Source: an uncultured bacterium
GTDB taxonomy: Bacteria > Krumholzibacteriota > Krumholzibacteriia > LZORAL124-64-63
Direction of reading: 5' to 3'
DNA: 64,000 nt
NCBI GenBank assembly: GCA_963732385.1
Contig: CAVSZB010000005.1
Coordinates: forward strand, 224,001-288,000
Shown here: positions 1 through 9,418 of the stretch, one piece after another
Layout of the letters: each line of letters begins with the position of its first letter
How positions within the stretch are numbered: position 1 is the stretch's first letter
Position numbers and translations under genes: made by a program
The notes under the pieces: generated by a model
Seen by the model: only the letters and a program-made list of their open reading frames with translations
Database searches by the model: none
What the model was told of the DNA's origin: nothing

Positions 1-423
1 CTCGAGTACCAGAAACGGGGCGTGCCTTTCACGCCCGCCGACTCGCGTCTCGCGAGCGAGATGGCGCGCGTGCTGCCGGGTGGCGCCGTCATCGCGAACC
101 AGTATGGCGACGGCAGTTTCTGGGCGATGCACGTCAGCGGTCTGCGCTTTCTGGATCCGTGCTCCTGGGCACTCGGCGAACGGGAGGGTCTGCACCACCG
201 GCCGGCGATCGCGCAACTACTCGACCGGCCATGGCCAGCCGAAGTGCGCGCGCTGCGAGAGCTGGGCACGGGGTACGTCTATGTGGGAGACACGGTCCTG
301 GAGGGCGTGGCGCCGCCGCTGAGCCGGGCACGCCTCGACGCCGATCCCCGCTTCGAACGCCTGCTGGACAACGGAGATGACGCTGTCTATCGCATCCGCT
401 GGGATGCCGACCCGGCCCCCTGA
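1..423 (+). CDS. C-terminal fragment of a membrane protein, DUF6541-like (5' truncated by window edge)
   Basis: Frame is open from base 1. The pattern ANQYGDGSFW...LRELGTGYVYVG...LLDNGDDAVYRI resembles DUF6541 C-termini. Confidence 0.5.
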   Translation, partial: LEYQKRGVPFTPADSRLASEMARVLPGGAVIANQYGDGSFWAMHVSGLRFLDPCSWALGEREGLHHRPAIAQLLDRPWPAEVRALRELGTGYVYVGDTVLEGVAPPLSRARLDADPRFERLLDNGDDAVYRIRWDADPAP

Positions 424-440
424 ATCTGCCCCACGCACGA

Positions 441-468
441 CGACGAGCGGGGTCTCCCCCGCCCGTCG
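441..468. terminator. GC-rich hairpin between convergent genes
   Basis: CGACGAGCGGGG-tctc-CCCCGCCCGTCG (one mismatch) lies between stops at 423 and 496. No U-tract. Confidence 0.4.
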
Positions 469-495
469 CCCACATCCGCTCTCGCGCCGCTTTGC

Positions 496-1386
496 CTACA
501 GGAACGAGTACGTCACCCCGATGCCCAGCACCTGCTGCCACTGGACCTTGTCCAGGACGTCCTTGTTGTAGAGCAGCTCGAACTTCAGGGTCATGCCCAG
601 GGCGCCCATGGCCTTCAGGTTGATGTCGGTCATCCAGTCGATGTCGACCTGGTCGCTGTTGTTGAAGGCCCAGAACAGGGCGAGGCGCGACTTCAGGCTG
701 AGCTGCTTGTGGAGCGTCTTGTCGAGCTCGGTCACCGACTCGAGGCCGCCTTCGATGCGGCTGGTCTCGATTTCGTCGGCGGTGTCGAGGTCGTCCGTGT
801 AGACGGCTGCGAACTCGTCGGCGTAGGTCTCCTGCAGGCCGAGACCGAAGCGGGTGATGGCGTAGGGTTTCACCTGGAAGCCGACGCCCGCGCCCTGCGT
901 CAGGTAGAGCGGGTCGGCGAAGTCCGACACCTTCACCTTCGGATCGACCGTATAGTCATAGCCGCCGGTGAACTGCGTCTTGAGGGAGGCGCGGGCGTAC
1001 GGCTTGATCAGGCGGCTGGTGTTGAAGTCGACGATCGACTCGGCGAAGATCAGGTCGTACGCCTTGCGCGAGTCCTGGTTCTTCTGCTTCACCTCGCCGT
1101 ACTCCAGGCGCAGCACGTTCGACCAGTTGGCGCGCCCCCCGTACCGCTTGAAGCGCCCGCGCCCGCCGAGCAGCCACGAGGCGTTGTCCTCGCCGCCCGC
1201 GGCCCAGTTGCTGAACGAGTTCTGCGTGAAGTTGAACGACCCGATCAGCTCGTTGTGCCAGCCGAGGCTGTCGGCCGTGGCGGCCTCCGCGGCGCGGGCG
1301 ACTCCGCCCGCCGCGACCGACAGCGCGACGACCACGAACAGGACGACCACTTGCGCATCATGAAGTCCGGCAAGCCGTTTCCGCAT
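496..1386 (-). CDS. DUF3078 domain outer-membrane beta-barrel-like protein
   Basis: GGAGG RBS before the ATG at 1386, a signal peptide, the FTQNSFSNWAAGGE motif and a C-terminal GVTYSF beta-signal. Confidence 0.8.
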   Translation of the reverse strand: MRKRLAGLHDAQVVVLFVVVALSVAAGGVARAAEAATADSLGWHNELIGSFNFTQNSFSNWAAGGEDNASWLLGGRGRFKRYGGRANWSNVLRLEYGEVKQKNQDSRKAYDLIFAESIVDFNTSRLIKPYARASLKTQFTGGYDYTVDPKVKVSDFADPLYLTQGAGVGFQVKPYAITRFGLGLQETYADEFAAVYTDDLDTADEIETSRIEGGLESVTELDKTLHKQLSLKSRLALFWAFNNSDQVDIDWMTDINLKAMGALGMTLKFELLYNKDVLDKVQWQQVLGIGVTYSFL

Positions 1387-1750
1387 TGTGTGCGACCTCC
1401 CCGAAAACAGGATATTCCCTCGCTTCAAGCCCTCCATTACTACCGAAAGCGCCCCCCGTTTGCCAGCCCTCACACACCCCCGGCGGCCTCTTCCCAACGG
1501 GACGGTTTCGTGATAGGATGCGCCATCGCCATGACGGGGGTCGTGACGGCTATCGCCCCGGCGGATTCGCCCCGCCTGCTCAATCATCAGGTCGCCGCCA
1601 GCAACCATGGTCTTCGGCTGTCCGCCGACACGGGACCCGTCCGCGTGGCCGGCAATCCGGAGGTGAATGATCGCGACGGGTCCGGGTCCCACCGGGACCG
1701 CCCTGCGGCGCGTCCGGGTGAATCATCGGGGTGAACAAGGGGGGATATTC

Positions 1751-3163
1751 ATGAGACGAGCCTCTGTCTGCGCAACCCTGTTCCTGATCCTGCTGCTGGC
1801 CTCGGGCTGTGGCGAGGATCGGGTCGCGGCTCCCGGGCCGGCGACCGAAATCTCCGCCGACGGCGGCCTGAATCCAGAGGCGATCGCCGCCGAACTCCTC
1901 GTCCTGGCGGGATGGGAGTTGGCGGAAGGCCAGTCGCCGCCCAAGGACACCGACGCTGCCAAAACCGTGGGCCTCCTCACCAGTTGCACCCGCACGGTGG
2001 TCGCGCCCGGTATCGCGCACTATGTCTGGACGATCCGGGTCGGCGCCGATCCGCGCGACCTGATCGCGCTGCACCGCGTCGTGAAGGAACAGCGGCCGTT
2101 GCTCCCGATCCGCACGCGCAAGGCGATCTTTCTGCAGCACGGCGACGCCAAGAACTTCGCCGGCATGTTCCTGCCGGGCACGCTGTCGGCCACGACACCC
2201 GACGACTTCGGCGCCGCCGTCTACTGGGCCCGCAGCAACGTCGATGTCTGGGGCATCGACCAGGCCTGGAACCTCGTGCCGGCCGAGACGACCGACTTCG
2301 CCTTCATGGCCGGCTGGGGGATCGACAAGCAGTCGCGCGACCTCGGCAGCGCGATCGCGATCGCGCGCTTCACCCGCCTGCTGACCGGCAACGGGTACGA
2401 CAAGATGAACCTGCTGGGCTACAGCAGCGGCTCGGCCACCGGCTATGCGCTGCTCAACGCTGAGGCACAGCTGCCGGCCGTGCTGCGCCAGGTCGGCGGC
2501 TGGATTCCGGCGGACTACAGCCCGGTTTCCGACAATCTCGAGTGGAACGAGATCCAGAACTGCAATTACGTTCCCATCTACCAGCAGATGATCGACAGCG
2601 GCCAGTTCGGCTACTTTGTCGGCTTCGATTTCATGGGCAATCTGGCGCGCGACGATCCGGACGGGGATTCCCCGGTGTTTCCCGGCTTCACCAACCTCCA
2701 GGCCGCGCTCTATCTGGGGGCCGGTCCGATCTTCAATGTCGGCGCGATCCACTATCTGGCGGGGATCTGGGAGGACGGCCTGCCGGTCGCCCTGGAGCAC
2801 CTGACCGTGGACCAGTGGCTCGACTTCATGATCGCCGGCGCCCCCTGGGAGCCGGTGCGGTTCATGCTCGACTACTCCATCTGGGGATGCATGACCGTCG
2901 ACGTGCCGTGGGATGACCACTTCGGAGAGATCACCGTGCCGGTGCTGAACCTGGCCGCGGCCGGCGGGGTCGGCCCGACGACCGGTTACTGCCTGAGCCT
3001 GCTCGGCAGCACCGACATCACCACCCTGAACGTGCAGTTGCTTCCCGAGTCCGCAGCGCTCTACGACATGGGCCACATCGATCTCTGGATCGCGGACAAC
3101 GCTCCGGAACTGGTCTGGCGACCGATAATGGATTGGATCGAGGCGCACACCGGAGACGGATAG
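1751..3163 (+). CDS. alpha/beta-hydrolase fold lipoprotein
   Basis: Lipobox LLASGC, an HG oxyanion region (LQHGD), a GYSSG nucleophile elbow and a C-terminal GHID. Confidence 0.75.
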   Translation: MRRASVCATLFLILLLASGCGEDRVAAPGPATEISADGGLNPEAIAAELLVLAGWELAEGQSPPKDTDAAKTVGLLTSCTRTVVAPGIAHYVWTIRVGADPRDLIALHRVVKEQRPLLPIRTRKAIFLQHGDAKNFAGMFLPGTLSATTPDDFGAAVYWARSNVDVWGIDQAWNLVPAETTDFAFMAGWGIDKQSRDLGSAIAIARFTRLLTGNGYDKMNLLGYSSGSATGYALLNAEAQLPAVLRQVGGWIPADYSPVSDNLEWNEIQNCNYVPIYQQMIDSGQFGYFVGFDFMGNLARDDPDGDSPVFPGFTNLQAALYLGAGPIFNVGAIHYLAGIWEDGLPVALEHLTVDQWLDFMIAGAPWEPVRFMLDYSIWGCMTVDVPWDDHFGEITVPVLNLAAAGGVGPTTGYCLSLLGSTDITTLNVQLLPESAALYDMGHIDLWIADNAPELVWRPIMDWIEAHTGDG

Positions 3164-3255
3164 GCAAAAGATCCGATCGCGGTGAGCAGCCGTACGGCGC
3201 GGGGGCGCCGGCGTCCGAACCCGAAGCCGGCGTCCCGCGCCCGGGCATCTCGAGC

Positions 3256-3292
3256 GAACGACCCCCGGACGCGCGAGCGCCGGGGGTCGTTC
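3256..3292 (-). terminator. 13-bp-stem hairpin downstream of HU copy 1
   Basis: GAACGACCCCCGG...CCGGGGGTCGTTC. The same stem follows HU copy 2. Confidence 0.65.
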
Positions 3293-3321
3293 AGGTCGGA
3301 TCCGGGAATTCCGGGGTCCGG

Positions 3322-3666
3322 CTAGAGCATGTCCTTCATCGCCTTCAGCGGACGGACGCGCACGGTGCGCGACGCAGGACGGGCCTTCTGCTTGACCATG
3401 TCGCCGGTGAACGGATTGCGGACCAGCTTGCCGCCGGCCACCGCGGGCTTCTTCACCAGCGTCAGCTTCAGCAGGCCGAGCTGGTTGAAGGCGCCGTGCT
3501 TCTTGACCGACTTGACCATGACATCGGTCAGGGCGTCACAGGTCGCGACGACGTCCTTGCGGGTGAGACCGGTCTTCGTGGCGATCTCGCGGTAGACCTC
3601 GTTGCGTGTCGGCGGCTTGATCGACACCGGCTTGGCCGGCGCCTTGCGGGTCTGCTTCTTTGCCAT
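3322..3666 (-). CDS. HU family (HU-like) DNA-binding protein, copy 1
   Basis: Basic 114-aa protein with an RNPFTG arm and a KARPASRTVRVRPLK tail. GGAGAGG RBS. Confidence 0.9.
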   Translation of the reverse strand: MAKKQTRKAPAKPVSIKPPTRNEVYREIATKTGLTRKDVVATCDALTDVMVKSVKKHGAFNQLGLLKLTLVKKPAVAGGKLVRNPFTGDMVKQKARPASRTVRVRPLKAMKDML

Positions 3667-3823
3667 GTAGCCTCTCCTCCTTGTTGGCTGGAATGGAAGC
3701 GCACACCATCCCGAAGACTGGAAAATAGCGTATAAATCGCCAGGAGTGGATGCAAGATTTTGCTATTTCCCACGTTTTTTCAAGGCGGAACCTGCCGGGC
3801 GGGGCCCGGCCCCCGCCCGGACC

Positions 3824-5440
3824 TCACTCCCCGCCGCCTCCCAGGGCCGGTCCCTTGATCTCCGGCAGCTGCCAGACACTGTCGATTACGGTGCCATCCA
3901 CCCACTTGATGGCCGCCACGACGCGATCGACCGTTTCCGGCGGCTGGGGCTTGCCGCACAGCGCCTCGACCTCGGCCTTGATCTCGGTCAGCGGCCGGAT
4001 CGGCAGCGAGGAGCCGCGCAGCTTCGCCAGCAGATCCGTGCGCCGCGGGTTGATCGCGATGCCGCGCTCGGTCACGATCACGTCGACCAGCTCGCCCGGA
4101 CCGCACAGCGTGGTGACCCGGTCGACGAGGACCGGGATGCGGTCGCGGAACGACGGGATCGGCAGGATCGTGCACCTGCCGAAGAGGCAGTTCTGCCAGC
4201 CGCCGATGCCGTGCAGCAGGCGGCCGTCGGAGTGGGTCACAACGTTGGCGTTGAAGTCGACGTCGACCTCCGTTGCGCCGAGCACCGTGGCATCCACCAT
4301 CGACGCGAAGTTCCCCTTGCCGTGCCAGTTGTAGCTGGTGAACGGCGAGGTGTTGACGTGCCCGGGGTTCTCGCGCATCGAGCGGACCCCTTCGAGATCG
4401 AACGTCTGCCCGTCGAGGATGTAGTCGGTCAGCCCCTCCTCGAGCATCTGCACGAGGTACTGCGTGGAGCCACCGCGCACGAAACGGGCCTTGATCCGAC
4501 GCTCGCGCATGATGTCGCGCAGGAACAGGGCGAACGACAGCGCGGTGCCGCCGGCGCCGGCCTGGAACGAGAAGCCGTCGCGCACGATGCCGGCCTCGTC
4601 GCAGAAACGCGCGGTCAGCTCGGCGATCAGCAGGCGGTCGGGCGACTTGGTGATCTGCGTCGTGCCGGAGACGATCTTGGCAGGGTCGCCGATCTTGTCC
4701 ATGACCACGACCTGGTCCACGTGGTTGCCCTGGATCTGCCACGGCACGCAAGGGAACGGCACCAGGTTGTCGGTGACGACGATGACATGGTCGGCGTACT
4801 CGCTGTCGGCCAGCGCGAAGCCGATCAGGCCGCAGGCCGACGGCCCGCGATCTCCGGTGGCGTTGCCGAACGGGTCGGCGGTCGGCGCGGCAATGACGGC
4901 GATGTCGATGTGCACCTCGCCGTCCTGGATCGCCTGGTAGCGCCCGCCGTGCGAGCGCAGCACGCACATCCCCTTCATTTTCCCAAGGCTGCAATAATCG
5001 CCGAGCGGGCCGTTCATCGACCCTTCGATCCAGCGCACGACGCCCGATTCCAGCAGATCGATCACCGGGGCGTGCACCGGGAACGACGCGCTCGGAAACC
5101 AGCGGATGTCCTTGACGCCCATCTCCGCGGCGGCCTTGAGCACGGCGTTGGCCACGAGGTCGCCGTTGCGCAGGTGGTGGTGCGTGCCGATGGTCATGCC
5201 GTCGCGCAGGCCGGCCTTCTTCAGGGCCGCCTTGAGATCGGGCGCGACCTTGTTGCCGTCCAGCGGGTACTGGCCGCAATGCGCAATCGGCGGCACCGCC
5301 CGGCGTCCCTGCGGCACATGCTTCGCCACCCCCTGGTACGGGATGGCCGCCTCGCCGTTGATGAGCGTCGGCACCAGCCGCCCGGCGGCGTTCTCCTGCA
5401 GCGGCACGCCGGCCGCGTCCTTGCGGATCGCCTTGCTCAT
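3824..5440 (-). CDS. citF: citrate lyase alpha subunit / citrate CoA-transferase
   Basis: GLRDGMTIGTHHHLRNGD, RSHGGR, FQAGAGG and GATEVDVDFNANVVT motifs. Confidence 0.9.
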   Translation of the reverse strand: MSKAIRKDAAGVPLQENAAGRLVPTLINGEAAIPYQGVAKHVPQGRRAVPPIAHCGQYPLDGNKVAPDLKAALKKAGLRDGMTIGTHHHLRNGDLVANAVLKAAAEMGVKDIRWFPSASFPVHAPVIDLLESGVVRWIEGSMNGPLGDYCSLGKMKGMCVLRSHGGRYQAIQDGEVHIDIAVIAAPTADPFGNATGDRGPSACGLIGFALADSEYADHVIVVTDNLVPFPCVPWQIQGNHVDQVVVMDKIGDPAKIVSGTTQITKSPDRLLIAELTARFCDEAGIVRDGFSFQAGAGGTALSFALFLRDIMRERRIKARFVRGGSTQYLVQMLEEGLTDYILDGQTFDLEGVRSMRENPGHVNTSPFTSYNWHGKGNFASMVDATVLGATEVDVDFNANVVTHSDGRLLHGIGGWQNCLFGRCTILPIPSFRDRIPVLVDRVTTLCGPGELVDVIVTERGIAINPRRTDLLAKLRGSSLPIRPLTEIKAEVEALCGKPQPPETVDRVVAAIKWVDGTVIDSVWQLPEIKGPALGGGGE

Positions 5441-6675
5441 GACGTTCCCCCCTCGCCGCCTGCGGTCGGCTCGCGCCAGTCGGCCGCCAGCCGGCCGGCC
5501 GCCAGGGCGGCCGCCACGGTCGCCTGCGCCCGCTTGACCACCGGCGGATCGATCATCTTGCTGCCAAGCGAAACCACGCCCAGCCCCCTCGCCTGCGCCA
5601 CCTCGAAGGCGCGCACGATCTTCGTCGCCTTCTCGATCGCCGCCGCCGGCGGCGCGAAGGCGTCATGCACCACCGGAATCTGCCGCGGGTGGATGCAGCC
5701 CTTGCCCACGAAGCCGAGCGACCGCGCCTCCTCCACGGACCTGCGCAGCGCGTCCATGTCGGCCACGTCGGAAAAGACCGTGTCGATCGGCTGGACGCCG
5801 GCCGCGCGGGCGCCGTTGAGCACCTGCGCGCGCGCCCAGAACGACTCGTGCCCCTCGAGCGTGCGCTCGGCGCCGATGTCGGCGGTGTAGTCCTCGAGAC
5901 CGATGGCGAGCCCCACGACAGTGTCGGTCGCGCCCGCGATCTCGTACGCCAGCCACGCGCCGCGAGCCGACTCCACGATCGGCATCAGCCAGACCGGCGC
6001 GGCGCGATGGTGCGTTGCGCGCAGCGCGTCGATGCGATCGCGCGCGGCGACCACCTGTTCCGGAGCCTCGACCTTGGGCAGCAGCACGAGCTGCACGCCG
6101 TGCGGCACGATCCAGTCGAGGTCGGCGAGCCCATGCTCGCCCTGGTTGATGCGTACCATCCGCTCGGCGCCGTGGAAATCGACCACGCGCAGCGCGTTAC
6201 GCACCAGCACCCGGGCCGCGTCCTTCTCGGGCGGCGCCACCGAGTCCTCAAGATCGAGAATCAATCCGTCGGGCTGGTGCAGACCGGCGTTGGCCATGAA
6301 CTTGGGCTCGTTGCCCGGCAGGTAGAGCCGCGTGCGGCGCAGCCGTTCGCGCTCGCTGCCGCCGGCGGTGTCGGCGCGCGCGGCCGGCAACCAGACGCCG
6401 GCGCAGTCGGGCCAGGCACGCTTCACGGCCGCCTCGAGCCGGGCGTCGAGAACGAACGGCAGGGCCCCCTGATCATCCACCTCGATCGCTGCATGCGCGA
6501 CGCCGAGGGCGTCGCAACCCGCCTCGATACGCCGGCGGATGTCCGCCCCATAAAGCGCCTGAACCTTGCTCTTCAGATCGACCGTGATCCCGCCGGCGTC
6601 GCGGATGTCGATTCCGATCCAGCAGTCGGACCGGACCTCCTTGCCGCGGCGGCCCGCCTCCCCACGTCGGGTCAT
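5437..6675 (-). CDS. citE: fusion of citrate lyase acyl-carrier (CitD-like) and beta/lyase subunit (CitE)
   Basis: The N-terminal ~90 aa are CitD-like (RSD...SKVQALYG...DQGALPFVLDARLEAAVKRA). They are followed by RRTRLYLPGN, LDLEDSVAP and GKGCIHPRQ of CitE. ATGA overlap with citF. Confidence 0.85.
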   Translation of the reverse strand: MTRRGEAGRRGKEVRSDCWIGIDIRDAGGITVDLKSKVQALYGADIRRRIEAGCDALGVAHAAIEVDDQGALPFVLDARLEAAVKRAWPDCAGVWLPAARADTAGGSERERLRRTRLYLPGNEPKFMANAGLHQPDGLILDLEDSVAPPEKDAARVLVRNALRVVDFHGAERMVRINQGEHGLADLDWIVPHGVQLVLLPKVEAPEQVVAARDRIDALRATHHRAAPVWLMPIVESARGAWLAYEIAGATDTVVGLAIGLEDYTADIGAERTLEGHESFWARAQVLNGARAAGVQPIDTVFSDVADMDALRRSVEEARSLGFVGKGCIHPRQIPVVHDAFAPPAAAIEKATKIVRAFEVAQARGLGVVSLGSKMIDPPVVKRAQATVAAALAAGRLAADWREPTAGGEGGTS

Positions 6676-6842
6676 GGCTCAACCTCTTTCCGGACAGCGA
6701 TTTCCGCACCTGCGCGCCCGTGGCACGCAACAATTCAATGATGGGTGGCGCAGCCGCGCTTTTCAAGCACCGCCGTCGGTGAAAGCGCGTGGGGCGGCGA
6801 CCCGCCGAGGAAATCACGACGATGGTTGTTGATAAACTCAGC

Positions 6843-6879
6843 TTTTCATGATGTGTGAAAAATGTTGCAATTATTACAA
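6843..6879. promoter_or_regulatory. AT-rich region with two adjacent palindromes upstream of citDE-citF
   Basis: TTTTCA-N7-TGAAAA (6843-6861) and TTGCAAT-T-ATTACAA (6865-6879). Confidence 0.45.
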
Positions 6880-7072
6880 TCCGCAAATGCCTGTATTGAA
6901 ACAGCTTATGGGCTCGGCCCGGATGGTCCTGCAGGAAACGGCAACTCCTGCCCTGTGGACAACTTGTGCATAAACCCCGCTTCCACCACCCTCTTCTCAA
7001 CTGATCCCGACCCCAGCCAATCGCCCGATCGACCAGGTCACTGCGGTCGCCGCGGTGCGGAGCCTGTTCCGC

Positions 7073-7750
7073 CTATCCGTTCCGCCATTTAGCCGCCATC
7101 CCCCACGCCCAGAGTCCGACCGTGAGAATGGTCGTGAAGGTCCCGACCAGACGCGGCTCAAGACGCAGGGGGGCGGACCCGGAGACTCTTTCGCGCAGGC
7201 TCCGGCCGAGAGCGAAGCCGACGGGCACCGCCAGCGCGCACCCGGCCGCGGCCAGGCTCCCCCCCACACCGACATGCTGCCAAAAGCCGCCGATCCCCTG
7301 CCCGCGCCAGAATTCGGAGCGGAAGACGAAGATCATGGCAAGAAAGAACAGGACATGGCCGAGGTAACAGGCAAGGGCAGCTTTCAGGCCGGCCAGACGC
7401 AAGGACTGGCGGTTGCCCGGGATCGAGACGGCCGCGGCGCGCGTTGCGGGCGACCCCCAGCCGAAAACCAGGTCGAAGGACAGGCCCAGCAGCACGATCC
7501 CGGTGAGGTGACAGGCGAAGAAGGGCACATTGAGAAATTTGTACAACATAGCCAGGGAGGCGATGACCGTGGAGCCGCCGCGATGGGGAACGAATTGCGC
7601 GGCCACGGCCAGCAGGAAGAACCCGATCACTGTCAGGTAGACCGAGGCGAAAGGAACCGCGGCCGAGTAGAGCGCATTCCCCAGGATCGCCTCGCTGAAT
7701 CCCCACAGACCGCCGAAGAGAAGAATGGCCGGCAGATGTTCCTTCTTCAT
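7073..7750 (-). CDS. integral membrane protein, possibly ECF S-component-like
   Basis: About 6 hydrophobic segments and an N-terminal FGGLWGFSE motif. ATGA overlap with the upstream gene. Confidence 0.6.
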   Translation of the reverse strand: MKKEHLPAILLFGGLWGFSEAILGNALYSAAVPFASVYLTVIGFFLLAVAAQFVPHRGGSTVIASLAMLYKFLNVPFFACHLTGIVLLGLSFDLVFGWGSPATRAAAVSIPGNRQSLRLAGLKAALACYLGHVLFFLAMIFVFRSEFWRGQGIGGFWQHVGVGGSLAAAGCALAVPVGFALGRSLRERVSGSAPLRLEPRLVGTFTTILTVGLWAWGMAAKWRNG

Positions 7751-8277
7751 GCGCGTGTCCTCCTGTTCCATTCCGCCTGGGCCGCCAGCACCTCGAGCAC
7801 TGGCCCTATCATTGCGGGTTCAAGTCCCTTCCGGGCCAGCGTCAATTGCCAGGCGGCCGGATCCGGGCCGGGGCCTCCCCGCTCCAGCACCACCTGGGCC
7901 AGGGAACGGAGCAGGTCCGCGTCGGGACGCGCACCGGGCTGAAACCCGTGGCCCCCGGCCGAAACTTCATCTTCAAGAAAGATAATTATGTCGCCCCTCC
8001 CGCGGCGGGCGAGCGCATTGCTTTCCACCACGAGGTGGCGGTGGCCCACCCCCTCCGCCTGCCGGAGAAACGCGTCCATCTCTTCGTCGGTCCGGAAGTA
8101 GCTCTCCGCTTTGCCGGGTCGGCGCTGGCTCGTCCCCTGTTTGGCGTAGACCGCCCCCGGCAGGATGCGGCTGAGCGCCAGGGCCACCTGCGTCTTGCCG
8201 ACCCCGCGGCCAGCTCCGCAGACGATCCAGAGCAGCGGCCTCCCGGGGGGCGACCCGACATCGGTCAACGGAAACAC
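7747..8277 (-). CDS. small P-loop NTPase, MobB-like
   Basis: Walker A GAGRGVGKT and LVVESN. Lies in the AOR operon. Confidence 0.6.
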   Translation of the reverse strand: MFPLTDVGSPPGRPLLWIVCGAGRGVGKTQVALALSRILPGAVYAKQGTSQRRPGKAESYFRTDEEMDAFLRQAEGVGHRHLVVESNALARRGRGDIIIFLEDEVSAGGHGFQPGARPDADLLRSLAQVVLERGGPGPDPAAWQLTLARKGLEPAMIGPVLEVLAAQAEWNRRTRA

Positions 8278-8567
8278 CCCAGCTGACAGTCATGGATCTT
8301 GATCTTGAGCAGGTTCATGAGCCGGCCGATGGAGCCCGCCGGCGCGTGGCAGACCGCCGCCATTTCCAGGGCGATGGAGCAGAGGATGCGCCCGCCCGGG
8401 ACCAGGCGCTCAAGGTCGCACTCCGCGGGCTGCGCTGCCTCGACGAGATTGAGCTGTCCGCCGGGCGCGTCGACCAGCGTCCAGGGCAGCGCCTCGGCGT
8501 CGATGAATTCCTGAAGGGAGGCGCGCCGTTGCGCGCCGACACCGATGGTGATTGCCGTCGGGTTCAT
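8265..8567 (-). CDS. small Cys-containing hypothetical protein (C-terminal KIxxCQLGCF)
   Basis: 100 aa ending CSIALEMA...IGRLMNLLKIKIHDCQLGCFR. Overlaps the downstream gene and lies 6 bp after thiS. Confidence 0.7.
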   Translation of the reverse strand: MNPTAITIGVGAQRRASLQEFIDAEALPWTLVDAPGGQLNLVEAAQPAECDLERLVPGGRILCSIALEMAAVCHAPAGSIGRLMNLLKIKIHDCQLGCFR

Positions 8568-8573
8568 AACCGG

Positions 8574-8774
8574 TCACCCTCCGTGGGCCAGGTGAAATAC
8601 CGCAAGGCTCGCCCCGTCGGGCAAAAGCCGCAGGGAGTATTCGTCCTCGGGCACCAGAACGCCGTCCACGGTCACGGTCATGAGGACATAGTCATAGCGG
8701 AGGATGTCCAGCACATCCTGGACGGTCAGCCCGTCCCTCCACTCGATCCGATCCCGATCATTGACGATCAGCAT
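8574..8774 (-). CDS. ThiS/MoaD-like sulfur carrier
   Basis: 66-aa beta-grasp-like protein ending in GG. Confidence 0.9.
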   Translation of the reverse strand: MLIVNDRDRIEWRDGLTVQDVLDILRYDYVLMTVTVDGVLVPEDEYSLRLLPDGASLAVFHLAHGG

Positions 8775-9386
8775 TTACCCGCCGCACTCCTCCAGGCCCC
8801 GCCGGACCAGGAACTCCACCGCCGCATTGGCCTGCAGGTTGGCCGCAATGGCCACGCGGGGGGCGCACAATCCCTCGCTCGAATCCGATTCGCCGTCGCC
8901 GCACATGACGATCATACCGCTTCGCCGCACGCGCAACGCTTCGGTGTTTCCCAGGCCGGACACGCCGCTCGCCGCCACTACCGGACGGTCGGGAAAGGCC
9001 CGGCACCAGGCCTCGATCAGCCATTGCTTGCTCTCGGCCCGGTCGAAAGCCTCGATCAGGACCTCGGCCTGGGCGAAGATCGCAGCGACGTCGGCCGGCT
9101 CCAGCCGCAGATCCCGCGCGCTGATCCGGACCTCCGGATTGATCGAACGGAGCCTGGCGGAGAGGGCCTCGGTCTTGAGCCGGCCCACGTCCTCCAGGAA
9201 ATACTGCTGCCGGTTCAGGTTCGATTCCTCGACCCGGTCGAAGTCGACCAGGATGAGCCGCCCGACTCCCGCCCGCACCAGAGACAGGGCGGCCTGGCTG
9301 CCCAGCCCGCCACAGCCGGCAATTCCGACCGTCGACCGGCGCAGGATCGCGGTCGAACCGGGGACATTGCAATCGAAGATCCCCAT
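8775..9386 (-). CDS. thiF: ThiF/MoeB family sulfur-carrier adenylyltransferase
   Basis: GIAGCGGLGS, DFDRVEESNLNRQ and EAFD motifs. Confidence 0.9.
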   Translation of the reverse strand: MGIFDCNVPGSTAILRRSTVGIAGCGGLGSQAALSLVRAGVGRLILVDFDRVEESNLNRQQYFLEDVGRLKTEALSARLRSINPEVRISARDLRLEPADVAAIFAQAEVLIEAFDRAESKQWLIEAWCRAFPDRPVVAASGVSGLGNTEALRVRRSGMIVMCGDGESDSSEGLCAPRVAIAANLQANAAVEFLVRRGLEECGG

Positions 9387-9418
9387 CCGGTCGGCCCCTC
9401 CCCGATACTCCGACCGCC

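Noticed and set aside
3746..5890. Long antisense/alternate-frame ORFs (e.g. 3746-5890, 9431-11587, 33050-35386, 48054-50732, 51443-54157)
   Set aside because: These are shadow ORFs opposite clearly recognisable genes, an expected artefact of high-GC codon bias, and they carry no motifs.
6820..6990. Possible oriC
   Set aside because: Only two DnaA-box-like 9-mers are present, with no dnaA/dnaN/gidA context.
8574..9386. Thiamine biosynthesis operon
   Set aside because: No thiG, thiH or thiE and no TPP riboswitch. The context is a W-pterin enzyme operon.
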